Assembly (NCBI GenBank): GCA_002245135.1
Contig: NGBS01000046.1
Coordinates: 1 to 52,538 of the forward strand
Direction: 5' to 3'
DNA: 52,538 nucleotides
From: Proteromonas lacertae
Taxonomy: Eukaryota
Each line of letters starts with the position of its first letter. Position 1 is the first letter of the stretch. The position numbers were made by a program, and so were the translations under genes. Below the pieces are notes generated by a model, which had not been told where the DNA came from, made no database searches, and saw only the letters and a list, made by a program, of their open reading frames with translations. This document shows, piece by piece, positions 25,858 to 38,716 of the stretch.

Positions 25858-28800
25858 TTAAAAAACATTCAAGTATTCTTTTGATATTTCTTTCTTTTCA
25901 TCTTTGCATATTCCATCTAAGTTCATTACTTCTATGAATGAAAATGTTTCTAAAAATGATTTTAATTCTGATTTATCAATACTCTCTTTTAATGTGATTG
26001 ATAATTCATATAAATCTTCAAATACTTCTTTGTTTTCTATCATTAATCTCAATTCTCTTTCATTTAATTCATTTCCTAATAGATTTATCTTTTTTAATGG
26101 TTTATAATCTTTTAATCTTTCTATTAACATCATCAATCCCTTTTCACTCATTCCAATTTCTATTAAAATCAATATATAGAATTATAAATACTTGAGAGAT
26201 TTAGTGATGAATAATAATCAACAACAAATTTATATAAATATTTACATATTATCTCTATTCCTTCATCTCCAATTTCATTATTATGAATTGAAATATATAC
26301 AACATCTTTTGGAAAAGAATCTGTTAATTCTTTTAATCCATTACAACTAATCTTGTTATTGGATAAAACAAGTTCTTTATAACCAATCTGTTTAATCAAT
26401 GAAATGTGAGAATCATTCAGATTTAAATCTATTTCATTATAAATATAGATAATATACTGGAAAAATCATATTGTCCATAATTATCATGTCTTTTCTTTTT
26501 AATACAATAATTCAAATAATATTCAAATTCTTCTTTTCTCCATGATGAACATTTCATTTGAATAAATGGATATTCTTCTTTTTCTAATGTTTTGGAACAA
26601 ATTGATTTTAATCCATTCATTCGAATATTATTTCCATTTAAGTCTATTGTGTTGCAATTAGAAATTGAATCTATCTCATCAGCTAATAATATCACACTTT
26701 CATCATCTATTGAGATATTACTCAAATTTATTCTATCCCAATTATTGACAACATTCAAATTGTTTATTAATAGCTTAAATCCAGCATTACCAATTGGATT
26801 ATCTATTGAGCATATTACATGCTGATATAAATATACTTTGAATATCCAATTCTTTAATACTATCATTCTCTTTCATATAATTCATTAAATATTCTATTCC
26901 TTTTGAATCTATATTATTGTCACTTAATATTATATCAAGTTTAATCTCTTCATGAATGTCATTTAATCCATCTAATAAATACTTCAATCCAATTGAAGAT
27001 AATCCCATTTCTATTGAATATTAAAAGATAGTATTGATACTTGAACAATCTATTCTATCATCCCATTCTTTTAATAGACTCAAATGTGGAGATAATACTT
27101 TCATTCCTTCATCTCCTATTTCATTTCCATTTAATTCAAGATATTTAAGATTTGGAAATGATGATAAATTGTTTATCAGTAATTCTATACTTTCATATGT
27201 TAGTTTATTATCTAAATAATAATAAAAATATCAAATTATACAACTCAAATATAACACTTCTATTTCTTTCAATTCATTTAATCTTAATGAAATGAATGTT
27301 TTGAAAATATCATCATCTATTTTTAAAACAGTCAGATATAATCTATTGTCTTGGTTTATATATTTGACTAATTCAGGAATGTCTTTATCAATCAGTAATT
27401 CTTTACTTCTATTTAAATTGAACCATATTTTTGAAATTGGAAATTTGAATAATAAAACATTCAATCCACTTGAATCAATATTGACATTGTGTGTTATATT
27501 TATTGTCTTAAGATTTGGATATTTATATAATTCTTTTGATAATATTTTCATTGATTCATCATCTAAATTCATTCCTTCAAGTTTTAATTCATTGTTTTTG
27601 TTGATTAATAAATTCAAATATGGAAGTAATAATTTAAATCCTTTCACACCAATTGGATTAGCTATTTCATAAAAGAACAATATAGTAATAAATACATGAA
27701 AGATCTATATATTTCAATTTCATTAATGGAATTGATTTAACAAATGATTCAATGAAATAGGAAGTAAGATTACACCTGCATAAATATAATGTTTTTAGAT
27801 TTGATAATCCACTCAAATATGATCCAAACAATGATTGACGAAGAATTGGTATCTGAATAAAATCTAAATAAATCATAATTATTAAAATCATACAAAATAT
27901 TAAAGTTGGATTGATTATTCTCAATATTCTAAATAAATAACTTATTCCTTCTTCACAGAAGCATATACAATCTGATTTTATTTTTATCACTTCTTTATAT
28001 AAATAATCACTTTCTATCTTAAATATCTTCTTATCTAAATTATATTCTCCATATCTACATTTATGATGTATTTGATATTTCAATCTATATTGAATTATAT
28101 TATCTCTTTTGTATAATTTCATCATCAATAATATTGACAATATTCTTTCATTTGGTTGAATATTGTAGGATTCTATCAAATTATCTCTAATCATTTTTCT
28201 TTTTCCATTTTCAACATAACATTTTGGTGGATATGTTATTCGAAGTGTCACAATTGCTTCATAATCATTATTATATAACATCTCTTTTCTTTCTTCATAT
28301 ATCATCATATTATTATTTTCATCTCTCAATATTTCACTCACTTTTATCATTTCTTTCTTCAACTCTTTCATATTCAATCTATCCTCACTCTTCACTTTCA
28401 ACATTCTTTCTATCATTTCTTTCATTACTTCATCACATTCTACATCTAAACTGTATTTACATCTCATGATATTTTCTTTTGTTTCATTGATATTATTATC
28501 TTCATTAAATGGTAATTTCTTACTTATCATTTCATATAATATACAACCAATTGACCAAATTACACTTTTCTCATTACATTCTAATCCATTCAATTCTTCT
28601 GGACTTGTAAAGCAGATATCATATAGTCTCATATATTCATCTTTTCTCAACAAATCCAAGAATAAATCACATATCTTTACTTTCTTATTCTCTATTATAA
28701 TGTTACTACTCTTCAAATTAACAATCATTATACCACATTCACTCAATATCAATAAACTATCACATATACTACATATCTTATGACAAATATTATCACTGCA

Positions 28801-29137
28801 TAAGGATTTACTTTGAATCACCTCTTCTAAATTTCTTAAATAATAATATCTTGATATTGAAAAATATTCACCAATTTGAAACATTCTGAAACGACAAATA
28901 AAGGATGTACAGCAATCTATCAACAATGAGTAATTATCACAGAATTTCAATATCTTCTTTTCTTTTATACCATCTATATTAAGTATTTTCACCTTATTTA
29001 TGTCAATTCCATATCGTATTACCAAATCTACTTCATTACTACTCTTTTTTTTATCTATAAAATTATACAAGCAGATATACTTAAATATCACAAGGTAATA
29101 TTGCAGAAAATACACAATCTACAAAAGATTTTAGCAT
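25858..29137 (-). CDS. Pseudokinase + RNI-like LRR gene, copy 2 (longer LRR array; exon 1 splice ambiguous)
   Basis: VNLKSSNII / KICDLF / SPEE / SVIWSIGCILYEM..KLPF followed by LRR exons split by phase-1 introns. TAA at 29081-29083 precedes the GTAT donor, but a GTGATA donor at 29091 would restore the frame. Confidence 0.75.
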
Positions 29138-29249
29138 TTTTCTAAAATAAAATAAAATATAGTCGTTTCATTTAAAAACTCAATTTTTAAGATGAATGAA
29201 AAATAAAAACAAGATCACATACACACATATATATATACCATATTCTTAA

Positions 29250-29434
29250 TTATTCATACATCAAATCTTCCTCTAAATAATTATGTTCAATTCTTATCTC
29301 CTTCACTATTCATATAAATACAAAATATAATAAAATACAGTAAGGAGTTTCTAAAAGATGAGAAACATAAGGATGAAATTCTTCTTTCAATAAATGCAAA
29401 CCAAAATGTAACTGCGCAAATCTATTTTGAAAAT

Positions 29435-29470
<36 letters not shown>

Positions 29471-30682
29471 CACTTCAAATTCAAGTGCAAAAATATTCTT
29501 TGAATCAATTCCAAATACATTATCAATCTCATCAAAAAAATGTTTAAGTATTTCTTTAGTGAATTCTTTTTCTTTCATTAATTTCATATCTGATGAATTT
29601 TCTTCATCAAGTCCATATTTATGATCTAAACTTAATGATTCTATATCATCTTTTTCACATAATTCATTGAATTTTATAGCTAATAATAAACAAACACACA
29701 TAACTAACTTACTATTATTATGAGTAACGTACTAAGAAATTAAATAGTAAAATAAAAGCATTTATACTTTTTGAAAAATCAAAATTTCAAAATAAACAAA
29801 TGATAAAGCAAATGAGCTAATCTCTAACATATACTTACCTTCATCATTATCCATTAAATTAATCCAAACTTTCAATATATCTCTTTTTATCTCTCTTATC
29901 ATTGATAATGTTAAGGATGGTGATAGATTAGAATGGATTGTTTGAAATGCTTTATTTAATTCTTTTATCTTTGTATCGTAATCTTGATAAGTTATACAGG
30001 ATGTAGTATAACCGGGCAAAGATAGTGGTATTGTTATATGACTCTGAAAATATTAGTAAAATAATAATATATATATACAAACTGTAATTCTGGATCGTCT
30101 ATATAAAATGGTGGATAAATTATTCCACCTGGAGTATACATTATTCTTGTCAATTCTCTTTCATTTATCAAATTCAAATAATCTCCCCAACGGCTATTAC
30201 AAGATTTTTTATAACTCTTTTTCTTTATTATTGCATAGTGTTTGTTCTTGTGGTTGTCATCCTTTTCACATGTGTGATACGGAATGAATGTTGATATATC
30301 TATAATAACAATTTATATTACGAAATACTCAAAAATGGACTTGCATCACTATTATAAAAATATAAACTAAATGATTTATTTTTGTTAATTTCTTTGTCTT
30401 GAAACTTGGCAAATTGTACATTATAATCATTTCTAACAGTACTATTCAATATACACGCTATATTCTATACTAATCATCTCCTTGAATGTGTCCAATAGGT
30501 ATAGAAGATAAGAATATTGAAGATTCTCTCTCAAAAACAATCTTTTCAGCATCTCGTTCTTCTTTTGATTCAACTATTGTTTTCTTTCTAGTACGTATGC
30601 TGCATCTATTTGCATGTCATTATATCACATAATTATACGTAAATGGAACTTTTAAAGCATTCTTTTTGGTTATAGAAGTCAT
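29250..30682 (-). CDS. CABLES-like cyclin-fold protein, copy A
   Basis: FLSSIPI near the N-terminus; LTLSMIREIKRDI..FALSFVYFEIL..CVCLLLAIKF..IFALEFEVFAQLHFGLHL matches the CABLES C-terminal cyclin box. Confidence 0.85.
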
Positions 30683-30743
30683 TGAAATATATTTGGCTTG
30701 ACATTTCAAAATAATTTTGAATTTTGTTGTTTATAAGTTTATA

Positions 30744-31068
30744 ATGGGTAAATACTCACATATACTTATACCGTTTCGATTTATGGCTTTGGTAGGACAT
30801 ATAATAGCCACATTGTATAGTACCAATTTTGTAGTATAAAGAATAGCTCCTTTTATTGATAAATTAGACATTGAATGTAGAAGCATCAATTCCAAATCTT
30901 GATCCATCCTTAAAAGATTACTATCATTCATATTTATCTGTATATATAATTTTTATTTCTTTGTTACACTAGTGGGGTTATGTTGCAAGCATTTGCATAT
31001 TTATATTTTATTGCCTTGGATTTTTCTCGGGAATATCTATGTTTGATGATATTGTATATTCTTTCAAA
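30744..31068 (+). pseudogene. TMEM107: 3'-truncated TMEM107 copy
   Basis: First three exons match the copy at 38189; the sequence diverges inside intron 3 at the repeat boundary, so the last exon is absent. Confidence 0.85.
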
Positions 31069-31819
31069 ATGATAAACACTACAGAATATAAAAGTTATAT
31101 ATTTCTATATATTCTATAATGTTATCTATTATATAATGTAATGCTATAAATGGAAGATATAAATTCTTAAATTAATGATTGTTAATCTTTAAATTATTCT
31201 CATGTTAATGAAGTGGTTTAATATTTGAAGTAAATATGATTTATTTAATCAAGTGGAACATATTTATGAATGTTTGATATAATAGTAATTCAGATTATGA
31301 TGATAATTTTCTCAAAATTTACACATTTTCATAAAATTGGTTAGTAGTATTTAAAATAATAAAGTCAAAGTATATTAGAATTATTTAAAGAATTATGGTT
31401 TAATATTAAGAATTGAAATTTCTATGTATAAATTAAAAGACTATCAATAATATTATGCAATAGCTGGAATAATATAATAACCACATTTACATGGACCATT
31501 TTTCTTCATTAATGGATTTAAATAACAATTAAAAGCAAATGCTACAATTAAAGTAATATACAATATTAACTAGTATGGAGTTAAACTAAATTACTTTCTA
31601 ATAACTCTCTTGGAAGCTGTTTAACAAGAAATATTTTTGTAACTAAATATTTCTCTTATGATTTTCTCTTCTATATCAGCAATATTCTAATAAGATATAA
31701 TCATAATAAAAGAAAGAAATCAATAGCAAATACAAAAATAAAAAATTTCAACCTTTTACAAGATTTAAAACACAAATATGTGTTTTGCTTAATTCCAAAA
31801 AGGTTGAAATTAAAAAATT

Positions 31820-34800
31820 ATGTCTTCTGAAATAGAAATGACTAAAGTGGGTGATACACATATCAACATTGAACAAGACAAGTGGGATACACCTGATGAT
31901 ATCCTTAAGAAAGGATTTCATGAATATCATGAAGCATTAAAGAAGATCACACCTGAACTACCACCTATGGATTTAATCATGAATAACTACAGTTATTCTG
32001 TCAACATTCCTGAGAATGGAAGACAAAATAAGCCATCAAACCTAATTCAATCTCTTAGCAATATTGGCAAGATTATCACATTTCAAACAAAAACACATCA
32101 GAAAAAAATCCTAAATAATCTAAATTTGACATTTCCAGCTGGATCTACTACCATTGTATTTATTACGCTTATAAAAATTCTTGTATAGGTTTTAGGTGGT
32201 CCAGGATGTGGCACAACCACACTTTTACAAGCTCTTGCTAATCAAATACCTAAAAGCAAAACAAGTGGTGATATTGTCTATGGTGGTAAGAGTATTGATA
32301 ATTACGAATGGACAAGAGTTACAGTGGTATGTGAACAATTAGATTATCACAATGCTCCACTAACAGTGAAAGAAACCTTCAATTTCAGTAAAGCTTGTCA
32401 ATTAGGAACAAATAACTTCTACAAAGGTTTAAATCTTAATGATGACTTTATTGTATATTTTTATTATATATATTAACAATTAATAGAAACATTTAGAATT
32501 GAAGAGTGATTTAGTGATTAATTCCTTGGGTTTGAAGATATGTGAGAATACTATAGTCGGTGATCAATCTCTTCGTGGTGTAAGTGGTGGTGAGAGAAGA
32601 AGAGTGACATTGGGAGAAGCATTGCTTGGTCCACAAAGAATCATGTTATTAGATAAATTCAGTACTGGATTAGATAGTGCAGTAACTATCGATATTGTAA
32701 GAATGTTAAGTGATTGGGCTAAAACATTCAATGGAATTGTGATAGCTGCAATGTTACAACCAGATAATGATGTTATTTATTCATATGATCAATTATTATT
32801 GTTAGATAAAGGATGTAATATCTATTTTGGTCCAGTAAAGGAAGGTATTGATTATTTTGATAAATTGGGTTATAAAAAACCAAAAGAGAAAGATGAAGGA
32901 AGTTTCTTATCTGAAATAGCAACAGAAAGATATAGACATCATTGTGATAAAGAATAAGTATGAAAAAGTAGAAGAATTGAAGAAATATTATGACAACTCT
33001 GAATATAACAAAGTATATTCTATTTATATTTACTATTTGCTATTATATGTAATAGAAAGTTATTGAAACAATAAACAGTAAACTTCATTTCCAAATTGAA
33101 TTATATAACAGTCCATATTCAAAGAAATTATACAAGAGTGAGTATTCATTATCTCAATTTGAAATGTTTTTATTGGTGTTTATCAGACAAATCAAATTAT
33201 TCATTAGAGATAAATCCTATATAATAACAAGATTATTTCAAGATGTGTTGATGAGTGTAATTATGGGCTTAATATTTGCCAATATAAATAGAGATAATCC
33301 CATATCTCAATTCTCATTTATTTATGGTATTGAAACAACAATGTTTGTAAATCATTTCTCTCAATTAGGAGCAGTATTAGCAGAAAAGAAAGTACTAGCC
33401 AAACAACGAAGAAATAAATACTTTTCACCTATTCATTATGTTATAACAAATACAATAATCCAATATCCAGTTATTGTTCTTGAAGCAATTTTTCATGAAA
33501 CACCCACCTATTTTATATCAAATTTGAGTAAAGATAGTGATACTGAAATGTATTTTATATATATAGCATCATTGATTTGTGTTGGTTTAGCTAGTTTAAC
33601 AATTGTCAGATTGATTTTAATGATGTTTGATAATGAATATATCGCAATGGGAATATTACCTTTGATGATGTTTGTATTTGGTAATACAGCTGGTTTTACA
33701 ACTCCAAAAGATAATATTACACCAATAATAAGATGGATATATTATATTAATCCATTCAATTATGGTACAAAGATTATAGTGACAAATGAATTTATAACAT
33801 CAAAATGGGGAGAGAAAGGCATTTATTTATTAAAAACAATGGATTATCCAACTACTTTGGATGATAGATATTTATGGTTCATTGCACTTATAATAATGCA
33901 TTTTGCATGTATAATACAATATATATTTATTATATTCATAATATAGATATGATTCTTTTCATAGTTGTTTTATATATGAGAAAATATCCACCATCTGTTT
34001 CATATGTAGTTGATAATGATGATTTAAAAGAAATGACTGAAATAGAAAGACAAGAAAGTTTAAAAAGAACAAAAAGTGAAAGATCTTCAATTGTAACTCA
34101 ATTAGTTGATTTAAGCTTTAATGATTTGTGTTATTACGTAAAAGTAAAAGATCTAAAAACAAAAAAGACAGAAGAAAAGAAATTATTAAATAAATTGAGT
34201 GGATTTATAAGAGCTAATACAATGACAGCATTGATGGGATCAAGTGGAGCTGGTAAAACAACTCTGTTAGATGTCTTAGCAAATAGAAAAAATACTGGAA
34301 GAATAACAGGTGATATATACTTGAATGGTCAAAAGATGGATAAAATATCATTAACTCATTATTTAGGTTATGTTGAACAAATGGATAATTTACCATCCAA
34401 AGATACAGTGAGAGAAGTATTAGAATTTAGTGCAAATACAAGATTACCAAATAATACAAGTGAAAAAACAAAGAAAGAGATGATTGAAGACACATTAAAG
34501 CTGTTGGGATTAGAATCTTATGCTGATTTGATGATTGGCAAACCAGGTAATGGTTTATCAATGGCAATTAGAAAATTGATAATGACAGGTATTGAATTAG
34601 TAGCAAATCCTCCAATCATCTTCTTAGATGAACCAACTACAGGATTGGATAGTAACAATGCTTTATTAGTTGTTCAAGTATTAGAAAGAATTGCAGCAAC
34701 AGGAAAGAGTGTGATTTGTACAATCCATCAACCATCTTTTGAAATATTCAAACTATTTACTGATATATTGTTATTAGAAAGAGGTGGTAATATGATTTAT

Positions 34801-35946
34801 TTAGGACCATCAGGTGAAGATGGTAAAGAAATTGTATCTTATTTAGAGAACCATCCATCACATCCAAAATTACCAGAAAATACAAATCCAGCTAGTTGGA
34901 TGTTAGAAGTAACTGGTGGAGGTATAAACAACAATAAACCATTAGAGATGTTTCCATATTATGAAAGTAGTGATTTGAAAAAGAAAAACGATGAAGTATT
35001 ACAAAATATGTTGAGTAAAAAAGGAAATGAATTACCCAAATTAAATAGATATATGACAAGTTATTCAAACCAAATAATTTGTTGTTTAAAGAGAGTTGGA
35101 AGATTCTACTGGAGATCTGCAGAATTGGTATATCCCAGAATTATCATTTGTTTATTTATATCATTATTTGTTGGAGGAATATATTATCAACTTGAAGTGA
35201 AGAATGAAGCTGGAATACAATCATATTTTGCTTCTCTATCAATGCCAAACTTCTTTACTGCAACTTTTTCGTGTATTTTAACAATCATTCTCTTAATGCA
35301 AGAAAGAACAGGAATCTATAGAGATATTGACAATAATTTAGTCAACCCAATCGCATATACAATTAGTTATGCATTATTTGAATTACCAGTTACATTATTA
35401 TGTTCGTATGTATTCTTTATTATATTTATCTATAGGTTATTTATAACATTATTTGTTTATCCAATGTGTGGTTATACTCCATACATAGATGCAGTATTTA
35501 ATTATATTATTGGTGTATGGATGTATTTAACATTTGCTTCGTATTTGGGATTATTATTTGCTTTTCTTACACCAACAATACAAGTTGCTACCACAGTTGG
35601 TTCAGGAGTTTTAAATATAATGACTACATTAGGTGGATTTTTTATTACCAAAAATGATTTGTATTACTTCTTCAAAATGCTTTATTGGATTGATCCATTT
35701 CAATTTATTAATACTTCTTTATTCAGTTCTCAATTATTTTGTAGAAAAGATAATATTGTAGAATGTCCTGAGATATTTTTAGCAGCAACTCAAAAGTCAG
35801 TTCCTCGAAATAGTTTATTAGAAAGTAGATTTAGTTTGATTTATGAAAATCGTTGGTATTATCAAATAGTTGCAGCGGAATTTTGTTTATTGTTATTAAT
35901 ACCATTCAATTATTCAATTAAAAGCATAAGATACTTGAAGATTTAG
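31820..35946 (+). CDS. Full-size PDR-type ABCG transporter (NBD-TMD)x2, with one apparent frameshift near 32945
   Basis: GGPGCGTTTLL, RGVSGGERRRVT, LLDKFSTGLDS; second NBD MTALMGSSGAGKTTLLDVLA, GYVEQMD, FLDEPTTGLDS, ICTIHQPS; two TMDs. Confidence 0.92.
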
Positions 35947-36133
35947 TAATTACATATACTATAAAATTAATATTATTTTTAATCTTTCTTTGATTTTCTT
36001 GTAGTAATATATATATATATATATATGGATATACCTTCTTATTAAAATGATAATAAAATATTTCTTTTCCTGACACTGTGAATAATCTCACATTTTCATA
36101 AAAATCACCTGCTGTGAATGTATAAAAAAATTC

Positions 36134-36584
36134 ATTCTCTATTATAATGTTACTACTCTTCAAATTAACAATCATTATACCACATTCACTCAATATCAAT
36201 AAACTATCACATATACTACATATCTTATGACAAATATTATCACTGCATAAGGATTTACTTTGAATCACCTCTTCTAAATTTCTTAAATAATAATATCTTG
36301 ATATTGAAAAATATTCACCAATTTGAAACATTCTGAAACGACAAATAAAGGATGTACAGCAATCTATCAACAATGAGTAATTATCACAGAATTTCAATAT
36401 CTTCTTTTCTTTTATACCATCTATATTAAGTATTTTCACCTTATTTATGTCAATTCCATATCGTATTACCAAATCTACTTCATTACTACTCTTTTTTTTA
36501 TCTATAAAATTATACAAGCAGATATACTTAAATATCACAAGGTAATATTGCAGAAAATACACAATCTACAAAAGATTTTAGCAT
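36134..36584 (-). pseudogene. 3'-truncated pseudokinase-LRR copy 3, fused to unrelated sequence
   Basis: Identical to copy 2 up to NLKSSNIIIEN, then unrelated EFFYTFTAGDFYENVRLF. Confidence 0.85.
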
Positions 36585-36696
36585 TTTTCTAAAATAAAAT
36601 AAAATATAGTCGTTTCATTTAAAAACTCAATTTTTAAGATGAATGAAAAATAAAAACAAGATCACATACACACATATATATATACCATATTCTTAA

Positions 36697-36881
36697 TTAT
36701 TCATACATCAAATCTTCCTCTAAATAATTATGTTCAATTCTTATCTCCTTCACTATTCATATAAATACAAAATATAATAAAATACAGTAAGGAGTTTCTA
36801 AAAGATGAGAAACATAAGGATGAAATTCTTCTTTCAATAAATGCAAACCAAAATGTAACTGCGCAAATCTATTTTGAAAAT

Positions 36882-36915
<34 letters not shown>

Positions 36916-38127
36916 CACTTCAAATTCAAGTGCAAAAATATTCTTTGAATCAATTCCAAATACATTATCAATCTCATCAAAAAAATGTTTAAGTATTTCT
37001 TTAGTGAATTCTTTTTCTTTCATTAATTTCATATCTGATGAATTTTCTTCATCAAGTCCATATTTATGATCTAAACTTAATGATTCTATATCATCTTTTT
37101 CACATAATTCATTGAATTTTATAGCTAATAATAAACAAACACACATAACTAACTTACTATTATTATGAGTAACGTACTAAGAAATTAAATAGTAAAATAA
37201 AAGCATTTATACTTTTTGAAAAATCAAAATTTCAAAATAAACAAATGATAAAGCAAATGAGCTAATCTCTAACATATACTTACCTTCATCATTATCCATT
37301 AAATTAATCCAAACTTTCAATATATCTCTTTTTATCTCTCTTATCATTGATAATGTTAAGGATGGTGATAGATTAGAATGGATTGTTTGAAATGCTTTAT
37401 TTAATTCTTTTATCTTTGTATCGTAATCTTGATAAGTTATACAGGATGTAGTATAACCGGGCAAAGATAGTGGTATTGTTATATGACTCTGAAAATATTA
37501 GTAAAATAATAATATATATATACAAACTGTAATTCTGGATCGTCTATATAAAATGGTGGATAAATTATTCCACCTGGAGTATACATTATTCTTGTCAATT
37601 CTCTTTCATTTATCAAATTCAAATAATCTCCCCAACGGCTATTACAAGATTTTTTATAACTCTTTTTCTTTATTATTGCATAGTGTTTGTTCTTGTGGTT
37701 GTCATCCTTTTCACATGTGTGATACGGAATGAATGTTGATATATCTATAATAACAATTTATATTACGAAATACTCAAAAATGGACTTGCATCACTATTAT
37801 AAAAGTATAAACTAAATGATTTATTTTTGTTAATTTCTTTGTCTTGAAACTTGGCAAATTGTACATTATAATCATTTCTAACAGTACTATTCAATATACA
37901 CGCTATATTCTATACTAATCATCTCCTTGAATGTGTCCAATAGGTATAGAAGATAAGAATATTGAAGATTCTCTCTCAAAAACAATCTTTTCAGCATCTC
38001 GTTCTTCTTTTGATTCAACTATTGTTTTCTTTCTAGTACGTATGCTGCATCTATTTGCATGTCATTATATCACATAATTATACGTAAATGGAACTTTTAA
38101 AGCATTCTTTTTGGTTATAGAAGTCAT
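36697..38127 (-). CDS. CABLES-like cyclin-fold protein, copy B
   Basis: Complete duplicate of 29250..30682. Confidence 0.85.
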
Positions 38128-38188
38128 TGAAATATATTTGGCTTGACATTTCAAAATAATTTTGAATTTTGTTGTTTATAAGTTTATA

Positions 38189-38716
38189 ATGGGTAAATAC
38201 TCACATATACTTATACCGTTTCGATTTATGGCTTTGGTAGGACATATAATAGCCACATTGTATAGTACCAATTTTGTAGTATAAAGAATAGCTCCTTTTA
38301 TTGATAAATTAGACATTGAATGTAGAAGCATCAATTCCAAATCTTGATCCATCCTTAAAAGATTACTATCATTCATATTTATCTGTATATATAATTTTTA
38401 TTTCTTTGTTACACTAGTGGGGTTATGCTGCAAGCATTTGCATATTTATATTTTATTGCCTTGGATTTTTCTCAGGAATATCTATGTTTGATGATATTGT
38501 ATATTCTTTCAAATTGAATATTAAAAATAGGTCAACTTTTGTCACATAATATGCCATGTGATAGGTACTTCAATGTTATCATATTTTATAACAAATCAAA
38601 TTCACTACTATTATTATTGGTACATTATGATATTTTCTTTTGCTCCAGGTATAATATGTGAATTAAAATGTTTTTGTGATTTATTTATATTTCACAACAC
38701 TATTTATAGTATTTAA
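38189..38716 (+). CDS. TMEM107: Ciliary transition-zone protein TMEM107 (intact; absent from the ORF track)
   Basis: Spliced MGKYSHILIPFRFMALVGHII..NVEASIP..LGFFSGISMFDDIVNFCHIICHVIGTSMLSYFI..YYWYIMIFSFAPGIICE parallels TMEM107 (LVPSRFLTLLAH..GFLSGVSMF..YWYIF); 3 introns. Confidence 0.88.

Larger units (their letters stand above)
28687..31068 (+). repeat. 2.38-kb direct repeat, copy A
   Basis: Matches 36134-38513; differences seen are one AT unit in a microsatellite and about three substitutions (near 30360, 30983, 31029). Confidence 0.97.
36134..38513 (+). repeat. 2.38-kb direct repeat, copy B
   Basis: Matches 28687-31068 at an offset of 7445-7447. Confidence 0.97.

Noticed and set aside
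15284..29083. TAA stop-codon reassignment
   Set aside because: The two in-frame TAAs align to different residues (Ser, Glu), and conserved genes (DNAL1, PACRG, TMEM107) end in TAA at the expected positions.
30731..30931. 66-aa minus-strand ORF (and its duplicate 38176..38376)
   Set aside because: Antisense to the spliced TMEM107 gene on the plus strand.
9227..35435. Stop-free 3n introns that read through as I/Y/F-rich peptides (e.g. ~9230-9285, ~23040-23075, ~24285-24325, ~27865-27892, ~35408-35435)
   Set aside because: A handful among dozens of ~30-60 nt introns is plausible by chance; there is no evidence of functional retention without RNA data.
28687..38513. LTR retrotransposon or composite DNA transposon
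   Set aside because: The repeats consist of ordinary intron-containing host genes; no gag/pol/transposase, TG..CA ends or terminal inverted repeats are seen.
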